The position numbers were made by a program, and so were the translations under genes. This document shows positions 6,555 through 12,695 of a DNA stretch of 19,357 bases, piece by piece. Position 1 is the first letter of the stretch. Every line of letters begins with the position of its first letter. The stretch spans positions 1 through 19,357 of IMG/VR virus record IMGVR_UViG_3300029235_000124. The stretch is one strand, 5' to 3'. The notes beneath the pieces are model-generated. The model had not been told where the DNA came from. It made no database searches and was given only the letters and a program-made list of their open reading frames with translations. The stretch is from a virus.

Positions 6555-6738
6555 GATGTTGGACATTATTAAAAAGCCCTTTTTTTTCAAAATATAAAAG
6601 TATTTCTGAAAGTTCTGAACGCGGAATACCAAGATAATCAAGTTCTTGAATAGCAATGAAATGACTGGTTTTAGACAATTCAATGAGAGCTTTATAAACA
6701 ATTTTTTGATTATCTGTAATGCAAAAATCGTAAAACAT
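6520..6738 (-). CDS. Small winged-helix-like DNA-binding protein (72 aa), opposite in orientation to the early operon
   Basis: AAAGGAGAA lies 8 nt before ATG 6738. The sequence KIVYKALIELSKTSHFIAIQELDYLGIPRSELSEILLYFEKKGLF resembles a wHTH. A TTGCCT-17-TATACT promoter candidate lies upstream on the minus strand. The 3' end overlaps the convergent 6327-6554 ORF by 35 nt. Confidence 0.55.
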   Translation of the reverse strand: MFYDFCITDNQKIVYKALIELSKTSHFIAIQELDYLGIPRSELSEILLYFEKKGLFNNVQHLSNAYPTLFSL

Positions 6739-6837
6739 AACAAGTTCTCCTTTCTTCTGTACTCGGCTCTGGCGGGGCCTGTGAGTACAGTATAGGACGG
6801 AGAAAACGGAAAGGCAACAAAGAGTTGATTATTTAGG

Positions 6838-6876
6838 AGTACCCATTGAGAAGTTGTTGGAGTAGGAGGTGAGAGA
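6838..6876 (+). repeat. Copy 2 of the roughly 40-nt leader repeat
   Basis: AGTACCCATTGAGAAG-T-TGTTGGA-GTAGGAGG-TGAGAGA, located immediately before ATG 6880. Confidence 0.8.
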
Positions 6877-6879
6877 CAT

Positions 6880-7101
6880 ATGCAGTATCCGAAAAAAGTA
6901 ATGAAGCTCACTGAGCTGGTAAAGGAAATGGGGTTCCCAGAAGAATATCTACAGAGGGCCTATCGACTTCCAACGCAGAGGTTTGCTGGAAAAATGAACC
7001 CGATGAAGAAAAATAGCCCAATCATATTTGATACAGAAGAGTTTGAAAAGTGGAGACTGCGTCAGATAGAGGCAGAGTCCCGGGCAATGATCAGGGGATA
7101 G
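6880..7101 (+). CDS. Small DNA-binding-like protein (candidate excisionase/MerR-type HTH; function tentative)
   Basis: 73 aa with GTAGGAGGTGA upstream. MKLTELVKEMGFPEEYLQRAYR resembles Xis-type HTH proteins. Stop is TAG. Confidence 0.6.
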   Translation: MQYPKKVMKLTELVKEMGFPEEYLQRAYRLPTQRFAGKMNPMKKNSPIIFDTEEFEKWRLRQIEAESRAMIRG

Positions 7102-7117
7102 AAGGGAGGTAGAAGTA

Positions 7118-7303
7118 ATGGCAAAGATCAAGAACTATGACGGTCAGACAGACATGGAGCTGTCCTATGTGGCAGTGCAGGCAACCAGGCCAAAGAAGAA
7201 AACTGTGGACTGGGTAGGCATCACGGAGACATTTATAGCCGGTGGCATGTGGGTGATAGTCTTCATGATGCTTGGGGCTGCGCTTGCGGTCCAGGTGCTG
7301 TGA
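7118..7303 (+). CDS. Small membrane protein (61 aa, one C-terminal TM helix)
   Basis: GGGAGGTAGAAG lies upstream. The hydrophobic tail is FIAGGMWVIVFMMLGAALAVQVL. Confidence 0.6.
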   Translation: MAKIKNYDGQTDMELSYVAVQATRPKKKTVDWVGITETFIAGGMWVIVFMMLGAALAVQVL

Positions 7304-7470
7304 TGACTAGTGCGGTACCTGCATCAGGAAGAACCGGTGCATGGAGAGAAGCCGCTTACAGGCATGCAGAGGCTACATAAAAAAGGACCCAGGCAGCGGC
7401 AACTGCGGAAGGTCCGGTAACAAAAACATTTTACACCCTCATTATACGGAGGGAGAAGGAGAATTGCAAG

Positions 7471-8736
7471 ATGGCAATGAAAATTAACAAGCTTGAGATT
7501 GAGAACGTCAAGCGTGTAAAGGCAGTAAAGATCGAACCGACAGCAAATGGGCTTACGATCATTGGTGGAAACAACAACCAGGGCAAGACTTCTGTCCTGG
7601 ATGCGATCGCCTGGGCTTTAGGCGGGGACAAATACCGTCCGTCCCAGGCTCAGAGGGAAGGCTCCGTGATCCCGCCAAACCTTCATATAGTCATGAGCAA
7701 TGGTCTGGTAGTGGAACGCAAGGGTAAGAACAGCACGTTAAAGGTAACAGATCCACAGGGACAGAAGGCCGGGCAGCAGCTTTTGAATGAGTTTGTGGAA
7801 CAGCTGGCACTGGATCTTCCGAAATTTATGGAGGCTTCTGACAGGGAAAAGGCAGGTATCCTGTTAAACATCATCGGTGTGGGAGACCAGCTGTCCCAGT
7901 TGGAAAAGGAAGAAAAGGAACTTTACAGTGAGCGTACCTATGTGGGGCGCACGGCAGACCAGAAAGAGAAGTATGCAAAAGAACAGCCTTATTATCCGGA
8001 TGTCCCAACAGTCCCAGTCTCAGCAGCGGAACTGATCCGCAAACAGCAGGAGATCCTGGCATAGAACGGGGAAAACCAGAGAAAGCGTGAAAGACGCCAC
8101 CAGCTGGAGCAGGAGATGCAGCGTGTCACGGATCAGATCCAGGAGCTTTTAAGGAAGCAGGCAGAGCTGGAAGCGGATCTTAAGATCGCCCGGTCGACCA
8201 GTGAGAACCTGCAGGATGAGTCTACCGCAGAACTGGAACAAAACATTGCAGAAGTGGAAGAGACCAACCGGAAAGTACGGGCCAACCTGGACAAAGACAA
8301 GGCAGAAGAAGATGCCAGGGGATACCGGGAACAGTACAATGCACTGACCGGAAAGATCCAGGAGGTACGGGATAAAAAGCTGGAACTGTTAAAGAAAGCA
8401 GATCTGCCGCTTCCAGGACTGACGGTTGAGGATGGGGAACTGGTCTACAATGGTCAGAAATGGGACAACATGTCCGGATCCGAACAGCTTAAGGTATCTA
8501 CCGCGATCGTACGCCGGTTAAATCCAAACTGTGGCTTTGTGCTCATGGACAAGCTGGAACAGATGGACCTGCATACCCTTCAGGAGTTTGGAAAGTGGCT
8601 GGAGGCAGAAGGTCTCCAGGCGATCGCTACCAGGGTATCTACGGGGGACGAGTGCAGCATTATCATCGAAGACGGGTATGTGGTAGGACAGCCGCACACC
8701 GAAGAAAAGAAAGAATGGAAAGCAGGTGTTTTTTAA
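7471..8736 (+). pseudogene. SMC/RecF/SbcC-like AAA ATPase (AAA_23 type) interrupted by one in-frame TAG at 8062-8064
   Basis: ORFs 7471-8064 and 8116-8736 are in the same frame, with 17 sense codons between the TAG and the next ATG. The N-terminal part has Walker A (GGNNNQGKTS). The C-terminal part has the ABC signature (SGSEQ) and Walker B (FVLMDKLEQMD). The coiled-coil sequence continues across the stop. Confidence 0.8.
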
Positions 8737-9906
8737 ATGGAGATCATCAGAGGAAAACAGCCGGGAGCAAAGAAGACCGTGATCTACGGTCCGGAAGGGA
8801 TCGGGAAGTCCACGCTGGCTTCCTGCTTCCCGGATCCGCTGTTCATTGATACAGAAGGTTCCACCAGGGATATGGATATCGCGCGTACCAAAGAGCCAAG
8901 CAGCTGGATGATGCTCATGGAGCAGGTCATGTATGTAAAGAACCATCCGGATATCTGCAAGACCCTGGTCATTGATACGGCGGACTGGGCTGAGATGCTC
9001 TGCATTTCCCAGATATGTGATAAGAACCACAAGAGCAGCATTGAGGAGTTTGGATATGGAAAAGGGTATACCTATGTCCAGGAAGAATTTGGGCGTCTTT
9101 TAAACCTGCTCACAGAAGTAATCAAGGTGGGGGTAAACGTGGTCCTTACAGCCCATGCAAAGATGCGCAAGTTTGAACAGCCGGATGAGCTGGGAGCTTA
9201 TGACCGCTGGGAGATGAAGCTGAGTAAAGGCGTAGCGCCCATGGTAAAAGAGTGGGCAGACATGGTACTGTTTGCGAATTATAAGACCATGGTGGTGAAC
9301 GTGGACGGCCAGGGAGCCCAGAAGGGGAAAAACAAAGCCCAGGGCGGAAAACGTGTCATGTATACCACCCACCACAGCTGCTGGGACGCAAAGAACCGCT
9401 ACAGCCTTCCGGATGAAGTGCCTTTTACATATGAGAGCATCCGGCAGATCCTGGAACCGGGAGCAGCCCGGGCAGAGGAGAGGCAGGAGGTAAAACAGCC
9501 AGGCCCTATACAGGAGACACAGCCAGCACCACCTGTCAGACCGGTAGAAACGGTAAAACATCCGGAGACAGCCAGTAGTAACAAGGGCAATGAAAAACCT
9601 GCAGAAGAAAAGAAAGGCATTGCGCCTGTGGAGGGCAGCAAAGGGGATGTAAAGCCGGATGGAAGATCGGCACTGGATCCACGTCTCCCAAAGAGACTGC
9701 GGGACCTGATGATCGCCAATGATGTGTGCGAATGGGATATACAGAACGTATGTGAAGCCAAGGGATATGTACCGGTGGATACGCCCCTTTACATGTATGA
9801 AGAGGTCAATCCGGGCTTTGTGGACGGCGTTCTGGTAGGTGCCTGGGACCAGGTGTATGCGGCGATCAGGGAAATGAAAGAAAAGGATTCTTTAGTATTT
9901 AATTAA
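8737..9906 (+). CDS. AAA_24-type RecA-like ATPase (Sak4-like recombination protein) with a linker and an extra C-terminal domain
   Basis: Walker A is VIYGPEGIGKST. Walker B-like is LVIDTADW. VVLTAHAK and a Pro/Lys/Glu-rich linker are also present. The TAA-ATG junction links it to the upstream gene. Confidence 0.8.
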   Translation: MEIIRGKQPGAKKTVIYGPEGIGKSTLASCFPDPLFIDTEGSTRDMDIARTKEPSSWMMLMEQVMYVKNHPDICKTLVIDTADWAEMLCISQICDKNHKSSIEEFGYGKGYTYVQEEFGRLLNLLTEVIKVGVNVVLTAHAKMRKFEQPDELGAYDRWEMKLSKGVAPMVKEWADMVLFANYKTMVVNVDGQGAQKGKNKAQGGKRVMYTTHHSCWDAKNRYSLPDEVPFTYESIRQILEPGAARAEERQEVKQPGPIQETQPAPPVRPVETVKHPETASSNKGNEKPAEEKKGIAPVEGSKGDVKPDGRSALDPRLPKRLRDLMIANDVCEWDIQNVCEAKGYVPVDTPLYMYEEVNPGFVDGVLVGAWDQVYAAIREMKEKDSLVFN

Positions 9907-9923
9907 TGAGGAGGATGAAAGAA

Positions 9924-10373
9924 ATGGCAGATTTAGGAAAAGAGATCGGCTGGGATGATGCGATCGAGAATGAAGGGACTGAGTTTGAGCCCCTTCCGGA
10001 AGGGACTTATGAATTTACAGTGGCATCCATGGAACGCGCCCATTTCGGAGGAAGCGAGAAGATGGCACCCTGTAACATGGCGAACCTGGACCTTCTGATC
10101 AAGGATAAGGACGGCAAGGAACACCATGTATTTGACAGCCTGTACCTGAACTCAAAGGCAGAGTGGAGACTGAGCCAGTTCTTCTTATGCATTGGACAGA
10201 AGAAGAAAGGGGAAGCACTGCGGCCTAACTGGAATGAAGTGCCATGCTCTACCGGCAAGGTGGAAGTCATGATCAATGAATATGTGGACAAGAACGGCAA
10301 TAAGCGCAGGAATAACCGTGTCAGCCGTTATCTGGAGTATGAACCAAAGCAGTTTAAGGCGGGTGTGTTCTAA
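9924..10373 (+). CDS. DUF669-family phage protein
   Basis: FEPLPEGTYEFTV is a typical DUF669 start. It sits between the AAA_24 and helicase genes, as in many Firmicutes phages. ATG 9924 is preferred (GAGGAGGA 8 nt upstream); the ORF track starts at 9906. Confidence 0.75.
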   Translation: MADLGKEIGWDDAIENEGTEFEPLPEGTYEFTVASMERAHFGGSEKMAPCNMANLDLLIKDKDGKEHHVFDSLYLNSKAEWRLSQFFLCIGQKKKGEALRPNWNEVPCSTGKVEVMINEYVDKNGNKRRNNRVSRYLEYEPKQFKAGVF

Positions 10374-11366
10374 ATGGAATTGAGACCGTATCAGGCAGAA
10401 GCGAAAGCAGCCGTATTTGAGCAGTGGGATAAGGGTACATTGAAGACCCTTTTGGTACTGCCGACCGGCTGCGGAAAGACCATCGTGTTTGCAAAAGTCG
10501 CAGAAGACTGTGTGCGTCAAGGATACAGGGTACTGATCCTGGCGCACCGGGGCGAGCTCCTGGAACAGGCTGCGGATAAGATCAAGAAGAGCACGAACCT
10601 GGGATGTGCGACAGAAAAAGCAGAGCAGACCTGTCTGGGGAGCTGGTTCCGGATCACAGTAGGCTCTGTACAGTCCATGCAGCGTGAAAAACGCCTGTCC
10701 CAGTTTTCAGAGAATTATTTCAATGTGATCATCATTGATGAGGCCCATCACTGCATATCAGACGGATACCAGAAGGTGCTGCAGCATTTCCCGTCTGCAA
10801 AAGTACTGGGAGTGACTGCAACGCCTGACCGTGGCGATATGCGTAACCTGGGAGAATTTTTTGAGAGCCTGGCTTATGAATATACCCTTCCGAAAGCGAT
10901 CCGGGAGGGTTATCTATCCCCGATCAAGGCCATGACGATCCCGCTGCAGCTGGATCTGTCCGGGGTATCCATCCAGTCCGGTGATTTTAAAGCCGGTGAC
11001 ATTGCAACAGCCCTGGATCCGTATCTGCACCAGATCGCGGACGAGATGATGAAATACTGCAGGGACCGAAAGACGGTCGTGTTCCTTCCACTGGTAAAGA
11101 CCAGCCAGAAGTTCAAAGAGATCCTGAATGAAAAGGGATTTAAAGCTGCGGAAGTCAATGGTGAGAGCAAAGACCGCGCAGAAGTCCTGGAAGCCTTTGA
11201 TAAAGGAGAATACAACGTCCTGTGCAATTCCATGCTGCTGACGGAAGGCTGGGACTGCCCGTCCGTTGATTGTGTGATCGTGCTGCGTCCAACAAAGGTG
11301 CGCAGCCTTTACAGCCAGATGGTAGGACGCGGGACCAGACTGTGTGAAGGAAAGAGCCATCTATTA
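10374..11366 (+). pseudogene. SF2 DEAD/DEAH-box helicase, 3'-truncated by deletion
   Basis: Motifs I PTGCGKT, II DEAH (IIIDEAHH), III TAT (VTATPDR) and VI QMVGRGTR are present. Helicase-like sequence ends about 10 codons after motif VI, and the frame then reads through into the tail-tube gene. Confidence 0.75.
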
Positions 11367-11393
11367 TCTATCAAAGAAAGTGAGGAATGTGTA

Positions 11394-11849
11394 ATGAGTG
11401 AAGTAGGAGGAAAAGTATATCCTGTACACAATAACGTGTTTAAATTTGGTACAAAGGGTATGGACAGCGTGGACGGCGATATGGTAATGCCTGCGGATCT
11501 GGAGAACTTTGCGCCAACCATTGACGGTACCACAGAAGAATGGTATGCCATGGACGCAGAAGGCTGGGCCAAATCTGCTATGACTGGCAAAAAACTCAGC
11601 TTTGCTTTTAAGGGAAAGCGTTCCGTAGGTGATGCCGGAAATGATTATATCGCAGGCCTTGCATGGAAATTTGGCCAGGATGTAATGACCAAGTTTGAGT
11701 GGACCATGACATCCGGGGCTAAGCTGGCTTGTGATGTAGTAGTAAATGTGACTACCCCAGGAGGCGGTGATACAACGAATATCGATGCCCTGGAGTTTGA
11801 GGTTACTTGTTATGGAAAACCAACCTATACACCGGTAGTGGCAGCGTAA
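11394..11849 (+). CDS. Major tail (tail tube) protein, SPP1 gp17.1-like
   Basis: Own ribosome-binding site GTGAGGAA before ATG 11394. FKGKRSVGDAGNDYIAGLA resembles the YYGKRGDAGQKAIEDA region of SPP1 gp17.1. It is followed by the chaperone pair and tape measure. Confidence 0.7.
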   Translation: MSEVGGKVYPVHNNVFKFGTKGMDSVDGDMVMPADLENFAPTIDGTTEEWYAMDAEGWAKSAMTGKKLSFAFKGKRSVGDAGNDYIAGLAWKFGQDVMTKFEWTMTSGAKLACDVVVNVTTPGGGDTTNIDALEFEVTCYGKPTYTPVVAA

Positions 11850-11865
11850 AAGGAGACAATGAGCA

Positions 11866-12165
11866 ATGGCAAAAGTAGTAGATATTACAGATAAGCTTAC
11901 ATTTGATGGGAATCCATGCCTGATGATCAATGGAGAAAAACTGGAGGTAAATGCAGATGCTCCTACCATGATGAAAGTAATTAATGTTACAAGAAATGGT
12001 GGAACTTCAGAAGAAAATATGAATGAATTATACGAACTGGTATTTCCAGAAAAATCCAGAAAGGTAATTGATTCGTTGAAACTGCTGGTTCCAGATTGGA
12101 TGACTGTCATTCAGGAGGCCATAAAGCTGATCACAGGAGATATCACAGGCCAGGGAGAGCGCTGA
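11866..12165 (+). CDS. Tail assembly chaperone (gpG position)
   Basis: 99 aa with AAAGGAGA upstream. It lies between the tail tube and tape measure genes. Stop is TGA. Confidence 0.7.
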   Translation: MAKVVDITDKLTFDGNPCLMINGEKLEVNADAPTMMKVINVTRNGGTSEENMNELYELVFPEKSRKVIDSLKLLVPDWMTVIQEAIKLITGDITGQGER

Positions 12166-12214
12166 CCCGTACTACGACCTGTTTGAAGACTGGGACCTGA
12201 TCATTTCCAGTTTC

Positions 12215-12499
12215 ATGACGCAGTACGGGTTGCGTATAAGGACGAAAGAGTTTGAAACGGTCAGCTGGGATGAGTTCCGTTCCCTGCTGGTCGGACTTGG
12301 ACCGGAAACTCCCCTGGGACGGGTGGTGGCGATACGTTCTGAAACAGATGATAATGTGATCAAACATTTTACCACTGATCAGCGAAGAATCCATGACAGC
12401 TGGCGTAAACATCAGATGGAGCAGATGACTCCGGAGGCTTATGACAGGGAAATGGAAGGTCTGGAAAGGATGTTCGCTGCATTATGCGGAGGTGGTTGA
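12215..12499 (+). CDS. Gp15-like/gpT-position tail chaperone segment; conserved sequence extends upstream to 12131 without a start codon
   Basis: TQYGLRIRTKEF..VSWDEFRSLLVGLGPETPLGRVVAIRSE resembles Gp15-family tail proteins. The same frame is open from 12131 (..DPYYDLFEDWDLIISSF..). There is no ribosome-binding site before ATG 12215. Confidence 0.6.
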   Translation: MTQYGLRIRTKEFETVSWDEFRSLLVGLGPETPLGRVVAIRSETDDNVIKHFTTDQRRIHDSWRKHQMEQMTPEAYDREMEGLERMFAALCGGG

Positions 12500-12647
12500 A
12501 ATTGAAAAAGTAAAGCATGAAAAAGTCCGGTGCCCGTATTGCGGGCATCCGGTCAATGCCATGAAGTCAGAAGATGCCAAATGCAAGGGCATCTTTTTTA
12601 AATGTAAAAATAAGGAATGCAGGAAAATATTTGAGTTAAAGATCTAA
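12441..12647 (+). CDS. Small Com-like zinc-ribbon protein
   Basis: CPYCGHPVNAMKSEDAKCKGIFFKCKNKECRKIF has a CxxC...CxxxxC layout like Mu Com. The start is uncertain: ATG 12441 with GGAGG 3 nt upstream, or the alternatives GTG 12492 and ATT 12501. Confidence 0.5.
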   Translation: MTGKWKVWKGCSLHYAEVVEIEKVKHEKVRCPYCGHPVNAMKSEDAKCKGIFFKCKNKECRKIFELKI

Positions 12648-12695
12648 GACGCTGTGCCGATGTGCCTGTCTTAACGAAAAGGGCAGGTGATATAT

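Noticed and set aside
6510-6911. 133-aa minus-strand ORF
   Set aside because: It spans the intergenic leader repeat and promoter region and competes with the better-supported 72-aa wHTH frame, which has a strong ribosome-binding site. The translation is hydrophobic and low-complexity.
7303-7380. 25-codon ORF coupled by ATGA to the 7118-7303 gene, within the GC-rich 167-nt gap that also contains imperfect stem-loops (for example GGACC..GCAG-CGGCAA-CTGC..GGTCC at about 7387-7417)
   Set aside because: It is too short and featureless to call, and the stems are short and imperfect. I note it only as an unexplained spacer at the composition boundary.
10374-11849. Reading the 491-aa ORF as a genuine helicase-tail tube fusion protein
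   Set aside because: The tail-tube part has its own ribosome-binding site and ATG. The helicase part breaks off inside its conserved C-terminal region. The two functions belong to different modules, so a deletion that happens to be in frame is far more parsimonious.
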